This document shows, in pieces, positions 22,530 to 34,137 of a DNA stretch of 64,000 bases. The DNA is from Blepharisma stoltei ATCC 30299 (Eukaryota; Protista; Ciliophora). Position 1 is the first letter of the stretch, and every line of letters starts with the position of its first letter. A program made the position numbers and the translations under genes. The DNA lies in assembly GCA_965603825.1 (NCBI GenBank), contig CBFDEM010000018.1, forward strand, positions 992,001 to 1,056,000, given 5' to 3'. A model generated the notes under the pieces. That model had not been told where the DNA came from. It ran no database searches and was given only the letters and a program-made list of their open reading frames with translations.

Positions 22530-23864
22530 TTAAGAAAGAACCGGCTTGTATCTTGGCTGGTCTTTGATGATCCAAACGTAATCTATTTCAGTTAGCGCAA
22601 CAGCACTGAACTGCTCCCAGAATAAATGGGTTTGGTTATAAACAGTCAGCCTGCCATAGCCATAATCATTACTCAAATACCTTGCCCAAGGCTGAGGAGT
22701 TGTAGAAGCTGGATCATTATGCCCATGATTGTTTCCTGCATTTCCACTGACAATGTATATAGGAGCGTTAGGGTTTATGTGGATATTTTGTCCATCATAT
22801 TGGCTTGGTATTGTTTGGTTTTTATATATAGCAGCATCTCTTTCATAATTGTGCAAATGAGCTTGCAGTGCAAGATCAACACTGTTATTATACCATAAAT
22901 CTTCAAGAATAGGCTTAATAACAGCTGGCTGCTCTCCACAATCGGTTTGACTTCCTTCTTCAAACCAGTCTTGAGAACAATAAAGAGGGTGATGAGCTAA
23001 TACAATAATCCATGGTCTTATACTTCTTTGACTATTGGCTATGGCTAAATCGTTAGCTAGTCATTGAGTTTGAAGATCAGCACTTGCTTGGGATGTGTTC
23101 TTGAAATAAGGGTTCGTATTATACATTATAAAGTGCGCTGGCCCAAGATTAAAAGAGTAAAAAAAGCTTGTTCCTTGATTTACTCCATTATTTGGCATAT
23201 TGAACCTGTTTATATATTGAGTGAAGTTATCAGCTTTTTCATGATTTCCAGGGACTGTCATGTAAGGATAAGTAGCAGCTATGGGTTGAATCATGTTTAA
23301 GTAGTCGTCTCCTACCTTTCCGTCTTCATCGTCTAAGTCATAGGCAATATCACCCATGTGCAGAATTCCTAAATAATCTCTTGTGAGCGTTTCTTCGCCA
23401 AGCAAGTGCTTTGTATATTGTCCAATAGGACCAGTGCCCCAGTCTCCAAAAACAATAAGAGTAAAAGAATTATTCACGTCTCTAAACGTTTGGCTTGTAT
23501 CTGGAGTTCTTCCATTGAATAAGTAAGTTTTGCTTCATGACCCTAAGTTACTGACTTTATACTCATACCAACATTCTGGCAATAGGTTTTCAAAGACAGT
23601 TGTATGAATGTACTGATTCTGCCAAAAGTGAGGGCCTTCTTGGAATTTCTTGGTGTCTCCTCCGATATAGGTGAAGTTGGAGGGTGATGGGACATTTCCG
23701 CATAAGATGGGCCGATAAGCTGCATGTGGCGGAGCATTTAAGTAAGTGACCCAAGTAGCTCTCATTTGATTTATTTCTTCTGTCCACGAAAGATGAATTT
23801 GCTCTGGGTGGACATACCCTGCTATAGCGATTCCGAAACCAATAATCAATACCAGAAGTTGCAT
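22530..23864 (-). CDS. Secreted purple acid phosphatase (ACP7-like), copy 1, 444 aa
   Basis: Signal peptide, PEQIHL, GDWG, GDIAY, GNHE, AHHPLY, AHLHNYER; TGA at 23535 and 23061. Confidence 0.92.
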
Positions 23865-24698
23865 ATCAGAAATATTTATAAATTCAAAATTGTATCGAAA
23901 ATATCTGCACAATGGCTACTATCCTCAGAAGGATAAACTTACTCTGATTATTTACCTATTGGCAAGTATAAATGCTAAGGATTGTGCAAAGGATAGAGGG
24001 AGAGTAAAATTAGATTTCATTATTTTCCATATTTAATATTCTAACTTCCAAATCCTTAAATTTATTATAAAATAATTCAAGAGAATAATATGAAATTTTA
24101 TTAATTCAATTATCTTGTTCCTTTTACTTTTAATAATTTAGATATTATGTGCTGCAAATAAAATCATTATAAATTAAGAATAAAAATAATTATATTTATA
24201 ATTTAAACTCTTTTAATAAATATTTAATGAATAAAGAAACCATATACTATTTAATCAATATTGCTTATTACTCGACTTTGGAAAAGATTTGAGATAAATA
24301 AATTCTTTCCTTTACGAAAATGATAAGAAAATAAACATAATTTTAATTTTTTTACATCTTAAATAATAACTTATTTTAGACTTGAAATTTATTAATTTTT
24401 TCAATATAAATTTTATGATAATGAGCCGAATATATTATTTTATAATATTTAGAACTTTGCTTAATGAAAATTTATATTTATGCAAAATAATTTATGAAGG
24501 AGCGTCCCTTCTTTCTTCAATTTTATCTCAATTCGCTTTTGTCTTGTTATAAAACAAAAATTTATTTTATATTTCAAATTTTGATATCGAGCCTGATTTA
24601 AACTTTCATTTTTATTTGATATTGATCATATTATTATGGCCATTAAATGAAAAAATATATCTATCTAATTAATAAATCTATTATAAAGAAATTATTAC

Positions 24699-26033
24699 TT
24701 AAGAAAGAACTGGCTTGTATCTTGGTTGGTCTTTGATAATCCAAACATAATCTATTTCAGTAAGCGCAACAGCACTGAACTGCTCCCAGAACAAGTGGGT
24801 TTGGTTATAAACAGTCAACCTGCCATAGCCATAATCATTGCTTAAATACCTTGCCCACGGTTGAGGAGTTGTAGAAGCTGGATCATTATGCCCAAGTGTG
24901 TTTCCTGCATTTCCACTAGTAATGTATACAGGAGCATTAGGGTTTATGTGGATATTTTGTCCATCATACTGGCTTGGTATCGTTTGATTTTTATATATAG
25001 CAGCATCTCTTTCATAATTGTGCACATGGGCTTGCAATGCAAGATCAACACTATTGCTATACCATAAATCTTCAAGAATAGGCTTAATAACAGCTGGCTG
25101 CGTTCCACAGTCATTTTGGCTTCCTTCTTCAAACCAATCTTGAGAGCAGTAAAGTGGGTGATGAGCTAGTACAATAATCCATGGCCTTATACTTCTTTGA
25201 CTATTGGCTATGGCTAAATCGTTAACTAGCCATTGAGTTTGAAGATCTGCGCTTGCTTGGGATGCGTTCTTGAAATAAGGATTCGTATTATACATTATAA
25301 AGTGCGCTGGTCCAAGATTAAAAGAGTAAAAAAAGCTTGTTCCTTGATTTACTCCATTATTTGGCATATTGAACCTGTTTATATATTGAGTGAAGTTATC
25401 AGCTTTATCATGGTTTCCAGGGACTGTCATGTAAGGATAAGTAGCAGCTATAGGCTGAATCATGTTTAAGTATTCATCTCCTACTTTTCCGTCTTCATCC
25501 TGTAAATCATATGCAATATCGCCCATATGGAGAATTCCTAAATAATCTCTTGTAAGCGTTTCTTCTCCAAGCAAGTGTTTTGTATATTGCCCAATGGGGC
25601 CAGTGCCCCAATCTCCAAAAACAATAAGAGTAAAAGAATTATTCACGTCTCTAAACGTTTGGCTTGTATCTGGAGTTCTTCCATTGAATAAGTAAGTTTT
25701 GCTTCATGATCCTAAATTACTGACTTTATACTCATACCAACATTCTGGCAATAGGTTTTCAAAGACAGTTGTATGAATGTACTGATTCTGCCAAAAGTGA
25801 GGGCCTTCTTGGAATTTCTTGGTGTCTCCTCCGATATAGGTGAAGTTGGAGGGTGATGGGACATTTCCGCATAAGATGGGCCGATAAGCTGCATGTGGCG
25901 GAGCATTTAAGTAAGTGGCCCAAGTAGCTCTCATTTGATTTATTTCTTCTGTCCACGAAAGATGAATTTGCTCTGGGTGGACATACCCTGCTATAGCGAT
26001 TCCGAAACCAATAATCAATACCAGAAGTTGCAT
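24699..26033 (-). CDS. Secreted purple acid phosphatase (ACP7-like), copy 2, 444 aa
   Basis: Tandem paralog at offset 2169; GNHD, AHVHNYER; TGA at 25704. Confidence 0.92.
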
Positions 26034-26397
26034 ATCAGAAATGTTTATAAATTCAAAATTGTATTGAAAATATCTGCACAATGGCTACTATCCTCAGAAG
26101 GATAAACTCTGATTATTTACCTCTTGGTAAATATAAATTTGAAGGATTGTGCAAAGATAGAGGGAAAGCAAAATTAGATTTCATTATTTTCCATATTTAA
26201 TATTCTAACTTCCAAATCTTCAAATTTAATATAAATACCCCAAATTATAAGCGTTAACTATAGCCAAAATTTGTATATTTATTTTATTCATTTAAAGTAT
26301 TATCAACAAATTTTATTATTACATACACAATTTTCATTTAAAAAAATAGATACACCAAATGTAAGTGCAGAATTTGTTATTAATATAGCTGTCTAAA

Positions 26398-26667
26398 TTA
26401 TCTCGAAAACCCTGAAAGATCAGGCACTCCTTCCATTTCATCCTCACTGCTTTCACAGCTCTCAATTTCCTCTTCTTCATCTTCTTCTGAATTTTTCCTA
26501 TCCATCCCTGGCGCCATAAAAGAAGTTTCTGGGTAAAATAATTTTTTAATATCCGCATTAAGCTTTGCTTCCTCCTTTGCCACCGAAGCTTCATCAATTA
26601 TTGACGTTGGCATGGCCCACGCAAGTCCTTCTCCTGTAATTGAAGTATCAAAAAATATACGATTCAT
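26398..26667 (-). CDS. 89-aa acidic-tailed protein, possibly APC15-like
   Basis: Helix IIDEASVAKEEAKLNADIKKL, then APG and a D/E-rich tail. Confidence 0.6.
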   Translation of the reverse strand: MNRIFFDTSITGEGLAWAMPTSIIDEASVAKEEAKLNADIKKLFYPETSFMAPGMDRKNSEEDEEEEIESCESSEDEMEGVPDLSGFSR

Positions 26668-26683
26668 CTATTAATTATTTGAA

Positions 26684-28201
26684 ATGGAAAATTCATCAAT
26701 TTTAGAAGCCTCAACAAACATTGATGAATTGTAAAAGTAATTTAGAATCACTGGAAATACAAGTGAAGAAAAACTACAAAATGCCAAAGAGATCTTAGAA
26801 ATGATGGAAAAAGAAATTTTCAGGCTGAGGGCTGAATTAAAACGTTCAGAACAAACGGTAAAAAAGCTGCAAGACTCATTAGCACTGCAAGCGCAAAATC
26901 AAAATAACACTTCTTCATCATTTTTATTGCCTTCTGAGTTTAAAAAGAATTGGGAAGTGCTGGTTCAAGAAAATATTTTGGATGTCTTTTCACCTTTTTT
27001 GGGGTCGCATACTTTATTTGTGAGGCTTGTGCAGAGTTTAATGAAAATTTGTATGGAGTTTGTGGAAAATACCATTAGGTGCAAAATGAGTGAGATAAAG
27101 AAATTGTTGGGAATCACTAATGAGGAAACTGAAAATCTGAAGAAATATTTGATGAAGCTGTTTCAAGATTATTGTGAAACAGCGGTTCCGGAAATTGATT
27201 TTTGGGAGTTTTTGAAGGTGTATAAAGATAAAATTAGTGATTTTATTGATGAGGAGCATGAAGAAGATTTTGAGTATATGATAACTTCTGATGAGTTTAT
27301 AGAATTTGTTAAGAAAACCCATCAGCTTGTTTTACATATAGTATTTCATGATCCCTCTTTAGATTTGAACTTTCCTGGAAAAATAGAATATATAACGTTA
27401 GAAAAACCTGATGAATATTACTGCATAGATGGTTTTCCAAAAAATTCGCCTCCTTGTGTTATCGTCGTTCCTGCAATTATGAGAGGAAATTTCGCTTATC
27501 AAGGCATAAAGCCAGCAGTATTGGTAATTACTACAGAACAAATGAATGAGCAAAAAGAAAAAGCTTCTCAAAAATCTGAGAAATCAGACCAAGATTCTTT
27601 GAAAAGTGAACGTAGTTCAAAGCCACCTTTAAAAAATTGTAAATCGCTTAATATAAATTTAAGGTCGCTTTCTCCTCAAGATAAAAACCAAGAAAACCCT
27701 ATTTTCGGCTTATATTATAGGTACAAAACCAAAATAAATTCAATGAGATCAGATGAAGAAAGCCAAGAAACTCCAAACAAAAGCCCTTTTAAATACAGTG
27801 TCGACTATATGCCATCACCAAAATCTATTTCAGAAGATAGCACCCGCTCAATGATAAAAGGGCCTGATTCCATTCCGATTAGCTCTGCTACTTATTACTC
27901 TCGAAAAAAACGGCGAGAAGCTTGCACTTTATGCCGGCCTAAACTTCCTTGTAAAAAATGCTCAAAAAATGCTTTATTGGACATAGCAAAGCGAATACCT
28001 TCAGGAGCTTATTCCCAAAAACACACAACTCCTATGCGAGTTTATAGCAGCTCTTTCTTTGAATCTTCAAATAGAAATGATAGGTCTTATCCAATGACAT
28101 CATTGCTTACTCGAAAGTTAAGCGAAGCTGCGAAAAAAATGGACCGAAAATCTTCTGTTAAATCAAAAATAGTAGACAAAGATACTTGCATGGTAATGTA
28201 G
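26684..28201 (+). CDS. Hypothetical coiled-coil protein with C-terminal CaaX (CMVM); 15-nt intron 26731-26745
   Basis: Splicing gtaaaagtaatttag joins ATG 26684 in frame to ORF 26801. Confidence 0.75.
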
Positions 28202-28648
28202 CTGATATGACTAATTAATAATTTTAAAGCTAATTTTACTATACTTATCTATTTAGAAAAATACTAAGAAGGCACTCTTTTCTTTACTTCAACATTCAAG
28301 TCTTGATGCATTCAAAGCAGGTTTACTGGATTCATCCATGTTACTTGCAGATGAAACTTAGGTTGTGTAGAATGTGAAATTAAAACTTAGCAAGCGAATA
28401 AACATCAAAAATTTTTAGCATGGATTTTTTTTTCTTTATCTGTGATAGATCTTTCATAAATCTCTATTTGAAATAATTTCTGAGATATTAATTTATAAAA
28501 TTTTATTTAAATCGCTTTTATTGATTCTAACAAATACTGCATAGCTCTAACATAAAATTATATTGGAACATTCATTATTCGGCCTCGACATTATTTGCTA
28601 GGTCGATTAATTACCACATTTTTGTTAGCTATATAATTTTATAAAATT

Positions 28649-29050
28649 ATGAGCAGTGCAACAGTTCTCCAAGATTTAAACGAGGATAACCCAGAACAAT
28701 ATAGGCTCCAAATTAAAAATTCGATTTATGGCGATATTCGCCAGCTTCCATTAGTCAATTCAGGAAGCTCTTATAATACTGTAAGCTTTAGAACCTTCCA
28801 GGCTCAGCACCCTCAGCTAGTCAAAGTGTTAACGGATATGAAAACACCAAGTCCATGCAGGGTTACTAGTGATAAGCACCAGCCTAAAAGCGGTTGCTTA
28901 AAAAATTCGATGAGAGTTATTCCAAGCAAACAGAGCAATAATTTTGCAGCAGAAAATTCTTGGAGCAACTCAAAAAATAATGGGCTAAAAGCCCCAATAG
29001 CATTAAATTTCAAAAGAAGTACAATACTCGCAAGGAGAACACAAATTTAA
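28649..29050 (+). CDS. Hypothetical protein, 133 aa
   Basis: ATG-TAA ORF with GC above its flanks. Confidence 0.65.
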   Translation: MSSATVLQDLNEDNPEQYRLQIKNSIYGDIRQLPLVNSGSSYNTVSFRTFQAQHPQLVKVLTDMKTPSPCRVTSDKHQPKSGCLKNSMRVIPSKQSNNFAAENSWSNSKNNGLKAPIALNFKRSTILARRTQI

Positions 29051-29736
29051 CATTTAAAGTAATTGATAAATTATTTTGATTTTTTAAGAAAAGAGCCAAA
29101 AAGCTTTGAAGTAGAAATAGCCAACATGCTTTGCTGGAAATGCTATAAATTATTTGAATATGCGAAAATAGTAATCAGAAGATTAAAAGCTATTAACACA
29201 AGTATGCATTAACAAAGCATGCTGAAAATAAGTCAAATTCAAATAAAAACCAGTTTAGAATAATATCAATCTCAAACTAAATTAATGTTCCTAAGCATCA
29301 TTATCTTCTTATTTAAGAAGAAAAATATATTAAGTTTTTATGATTGTATACATCTAAGCACCAGATAAATATCTAGATTATAAATAAAAAATTTTATGAA
29401 AAAAATAAATTGCATTTTAATTATTACACTCTAGAGAATGCATGGCAAAACGCTTTCCCTCTTGAATTATTAAACTTTTTACATTCTATTATCTTTATTA
29501 TATAAACTAAAAGTTTATAATAACGCTCTAAATGAAAAATTTATTTCCTCCAAAAATTCAATAAAACCCTTTATTTATCAAGATAATTCTCAAAAATTAT
29601 TTATTAAATCTTTGAATGTCTTTAGATATAATTAAATATGTAATAATCTGTCTAATCAATATATTTAAAAACTCTAGCAGCTGTTAATAAAATGAGTGAT
29701 TAAATTATCTAATGCTAAATATAAAACATAATGGCT

Positions 29737-30504
29737 TTAGTCGCCAACTTCCCATCCGATTAGCGCAAACCCTTCATCTTCTATGCTTTTTTCATTATTT
29801 TTCCTTCTATTCTTTCTAGTCGGAGAATCAATACTTGCTAAGTCTTCAACATCAAATGATTTATTTAGTTTATTAACTTTTCTTATGCTCACTTTCGGAG
29901 CTTCAACAGAAACTCAAGCATTTTGCTCTATTTGCCTTTTGTTTCCTTGTTCTGGAATTGTGCTATCTGTCCCAGATTTTGGTAGTAAAATATATTTTGA
30001 CGTGCGGAATGATTTTTTAGCCCCGCTATTTCTATCAACTAAAATTTCATAGGCTTTTTCATTATTATTAAAATTGCCATTAATCGAATTTCTTTTATTT
30101 TGGCACAGCCTGGCTTTTAAGTCATTTTCAAAGCCTATAATACCTCCATAGCCATGCCTTATTAGAGGTAGCCTTTCTGCCTCAAAAATATTTTCAGTAT
30201 GCATTCTTGGTGATTCTTTCTGTGAATCTCTAGTAGAGTAGCTTGTTTCTTGTGCTGATTCTAAATTTTTATTTGTGGAATAATGTTTTTCGATAAACTG
30301 CAATATTTTTAATAGCTCTTTTACCTTATCTTTGCGCGAGTATGATCTTGAACTCTCTCTTTTTTGGGTTTTTGCTAAATTATGACTATCAGATTCAGAA
30401 TAAGGCTTTGGATTTCTTCTAGTCACTATATGTGATACAAAGCCTGTGGATTCTCTTCTTGATTTTCAATTAGAAGGGGTTTCTCATATAGATTTTTTTA
30501 TCAT
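29737..30504 (-). CDS. Hypothetical basic protein, 255 aa
   Basis: ORF 29914-30426 extends both ways through TGA to ATG 30504 and TAA 29737. Confidence 0.65.
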
Positions 30505-30578
30505 AGATTTTGTAATTTTTCATTAAATTTAATTGAAGAGTTTTCTGGTTTAATTTATAAAATTTAAACATATATTAG

Positions 30579-31130
30579 ATGCAAAAACTGAGAGGCAAGT
30601 TAAACGAACTTAAAATCAAGGACAAAAGGATATTTGTTCACAAGTTTATCAATACCAGCTTACTTATAGCGACTGCACTTATGGCATGAAAAGGTATAAA
30701 AGTTTGCTCAAATACTGATACCCCTATTGTAGTTATAGTAAACAACTCAATGATACCTGCATATTACCCAGGAGACATGCTGCTTATTGAAATGTGAAAT
30801 TCCCCACCTTTACAAGCTGGCGATGTTATTGTTTATAATTTTGATGGCAAAGAATCTTCAATTATAAGTAGGATTATGAGCATCCACGAAGAAAACAACG
30901 ACTATTTTATAGTAACAAAAGGGGAAAAGAATGAGTCCAATGACAGAGCGGTGCTATGGAACGGCAAGAAATTTATCCAGAGAAAAGATGTTGTAGGGAG
31001 AGTATATTTTTTTGTTCCTTATTTAGGAACAATTGTCATATGGCTCATTGATTACCCAGTTTTGAAATATGTGCTAATAGTTTTTATGGCAATCTTCATC
31101 GGACTAGCAGCAAAGCAACCTAAATATTAA
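30579..31130 (+). CDS. SEC11: SEC11-like signal peptidase subunit (divergent; catalytic His apparently lost)
   Basis: ALMA-W-KG, PIVVIVNNSMIPA..PGD, GDVIVY, TKG, DVVGRV...VPYLG. Confidence 0.8.
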
Positions 31131-31170
31131 TAACCATTTTAAGATAACAATGGGGAAATAATTAAAAAGA

Positions 31171-32601
31171 ATGAGTTATAAACAAAACTCTTGGGTTACA
31201 GTATTCAGGTAAATCATATTTAGCATATGAAACACAATGATAGGGTCTACAGTTCTTACGATGCCTTGGGGAATGGATCAGGCTGGAGTTCTGGCAGGAA
31301 TGTGTAATTTTTAAGCAGTGATGATCATAGGGATAGGTGTGCTGTCTCTTTATACCTGCTCTTTAATTATGAAAGTCTGCACTCGATACAAGTCCGACGA
31401 TGTTGTAGAAATGGTTTCCCGCATGTGGGGGAAGAAAGGGCAAGTTGCATCGCTCTATATGTCTTGCTTAGTTATGTTAGGTGCTTCCATGGTGTACAAT
31501 GTGCTGATGAATAGTTCGTTTTATGACATTATTGACGGGATTTCTTTGTGGACTACTGATAACGATATAGGCTGCAAAACCTGCTGGAGTGGATTTTCAA
31601 GCAGGTATACACCTTTTATATTAATGGGCTGCTTAATGGTCATGGTTAATATAAAAGAGAAGCAGAAAATCGTGAAAATCAATTCGTTAGGCATCTATTT
31701 CGTGTTGACAATCACAATTTTCTTGATTTTTGTAGGACTCAGGGCAATAACTCTCGATACCTTCACAACTGACTCAGAACATATCCCAGATTCTGACAAA
31801 AAATGCCACCATGATTGGAATTGCCTTAAACACAACCATAAGGTCGAAATTGACCTTGTTAAGCCAAATTTCCTGCTTCTTTCAGGAATTCTTACACTTT
31901 CATATTTCATTCACAACTGTATTGTGATCATTATGAAAAACAATGCAGAGCCAGAAAAGAACGGCAGAGACTTGAGCTTGGGATACTTAGCTGTAGGTGT
32001 CTGCTATTTTCTGATAGGAACTCTTGGATATTTTGGATTCAAAGGGAATGGATTCACCCAAGACATAACCCAGAACGCGTTAGACATGTTTGCTTCTACA
32101 AACATATTAGCTTTCATTATGAGAATTGTGCTTTTCACCCAGATGTTCACAGTTTACCCAATGATTATGTTTTTAGTCCGATCACAGTTTTTTGGGTATT
32201 ATTATGGAACGGATTATCCTTCTCGAAAGCACATTTTCATATATAGTTTAGTTGTGTGTTCAGCAACCACACTGATTGCGTCAGTTTATCCTAGTGTTGG
32301 AGTTATTGCTGGAATTGTTGGAGCTTTCTGTGGACTATATTTTGTGTATATAGTTCCAGTCTGCTTATATCTTTATTACTACGATGACGATGCTCGAGTA
32401 AAAGTCCAAGAAGAGCATAGCATGCAATTGATGGATGATAAGGATATGCAAGCCACTGATGCCATTTCAAATAGTGACCTGAAAGAAGATCTAGGTAATA
32501 GAAGGAATCATAAAATCAAATGGACAACTAAAAAATTGCTCCATTTATCTATTTGTGTTTTTGGAGTTGCGGTATTATTATTCCAATTCTTAACAGTTTA
32601 A
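31171..32601 (+). CDS. SLC38A9: SLC38A9-like amino-acid transporter; 15-nt introns 31209-31223 and 31304-31318
   Basis: Spliced TM1 VTVFSI-W-NTMIGSTVLTMPWG; GILTLSYFIHNC, RDLSLGY, QMFTVYP. Confidence 0.85.
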
Positions 32602-32750
32602 TTAAGGTCCTCTTAAGTAAATTTTACTAAAATAATTCCAAACACTCCAAACCCGAAAAATCTAAAGTAGCTTGTATTTTTCTAGTTTTAAAAGAGTCTT
32701 TATCAAGGATTATGCTAAGATGTTGCTCGGTTGTTATAAAAATTAAATAA

Positions 32751-33488
32751 ATGGAGTCAAAAAATGATGAAAGCAAACCAGATGAAAATATGAATTATAA
32801 TGATATTCAGGTAGAAGAAGAAGCAAAAATCCTGGAAATTGTAAATAGCTCAGAAAATGAGAAGACTTCAGAACCAACAGAAGAGAACGTTGAAGTTAAT
32901 GCTAAATTTACGTCTAAAACTAAACACTTCACTCCTTCAATCAAGATAAGCCGAGCTTTCACAACGCTCACAGAAGAGAACTTAATCCAAAAAGAAATTA
33001 TGGAAATCTCAGAAGATAAAGCACAAAACGCTCTTATAAGAGAGCTTCCGAGAAGATCACAATCAATTATATATGCCTTCTTCAGAAGACTGTATGAACA
33101 AATCTATGATAAATTTTTAAGTCCGCAAGAATTTTTGACCAGCATCGACCCTGAAAATAAAAACAAATTTTCATTGGAGGAGTTTTGCAACGTCCTTATG
33201 AAGAATGGGTACCGGTTCACTACGTATGAATTAAATTTTGTTTTCAATTTAATTAAAGAAGATGAGTATGTGTCCTCAGAAATGATCATAAGCCAGCTGG
33301 AGAGGCAGGAAATTGACTGTGACTCGGATAGAAGCTCTGATGTGTCATCTCCTCCGACGAACACGCCTAGCATGCACGGGTTTACTTCATTTGCAAATGC
33401 GTTACGTTCATCACTGGGGTGGAAGAATGAGTGTGATTCGAGTTTTTCAAGAAGTGACTCATGGAATTCAAACTATAGTAAAAACTAA
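32751..33488 (+). CDS. Protein with a degenerate EF-hand pair
   Basis: F..IDPENKNKFSLEEF; ELNFVF. Confidence 0.6.
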   Translation: MESKNDESKPDENMNYNDIQVEEEAKILEIVNSSENEKTSEPTEENVEVNAKFTSKTKHFTPSIKISRAFTTLTEENLIQKEIMEISEDKAQNALIRELPRRSQSIIYAFFRRLYEQIYDKFLSPQEFLTSIDPENKNKFSLEEFCNVLMKNGYRFTTYELNFVFNLIKEDEYVSSEMIISQLERQEIDCDSDRSSDVSSPPTNTPSMHGFTSFANALRSSLGWKNECDSSFSRSDSWNSNYSKN

Positions 33489-33840
33489 TTTTCATAGGAT
33501 TGATGTATATATTAAGAATATTTTAAAATGTTTTTTTCAAAAATTCAAAAAAATTGAAACTTTGCTTTTTGGCATCATTTATTGCTCAAAAAATTACTTA
33601 AAATAATCCTGCCTATTCTCTTGACTACACAATTAACTTTGGAGTAAAAAATGCGCAAAGTCATTAATTTTTGGAATATTCTAAATATTATTAAAGCCAA
33701 ATCATCTAAAAATATTACTAATCTTTAAAATCAGCATATCTACATTTATTGCATATAAATCCCCAATATCTGAGCTTATAGCTTAATTTCAAATATTAAA
33801 AGTAATTTTTAACCAATCTGGTTGGTATTAAGATTAAGTC

Positions 33841-34128
33841 TTAGGCATCTTTTTCTGCAAACTGACGCCAGTTTTCCACCTGCATTTCGAACTCTTCAAA
33901 GATCAATGAATGAGCAAGTCTGTTTCTGCGAGCTCCAAACTCTATTTGATAGTTAAGATGCGAGTTATGGACTTCAGCTTCTCTATTGATGTGAACACCC
34001 CACAAATATCCAGGAATAAACATAACTAAACTAGCCATTGCAATTGCCATGCCATCTCTTGACAGATACTCATCCATGAAGCCGCAGACAAACCAAAATC
34101 TAGACCTTAAGAACCATCTAGGTATCAT
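33841..34128 (-). CDS. 95-aa single-TM protein, possibly a ciliate-specific mitochondrial complex subunit
   Basis: Basic/aromatic N-terminus, one TM, GC-rich codons; product is inference. Confidence 0.6.
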   Translation of the reverse strand: MIPRWFLRSRFWFVCGFMDEYLSRDGMAIAMASLVMFIPGYLWGVHINREAEVHNSHLNYQIEFGARRNRLAHSLIFEEFEMQVENWRQFAEKDA

Positions 34129-34137
34129 TTTTATTTA

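Larger units (their letters stand above)
22510..26235. repeat. Direct tandem duplication, about 1.55-kb units (22510-24070 and 24680-26235)
   Basis: Near-identical CDS plus about 200 nt of upstream sequence. Confidence 0.9.

Noticed and set aside
28255-28457. Possible small gene on the minus strand
   Set aside because: In-frame TAA stops with no canonical tiny intron to remove them
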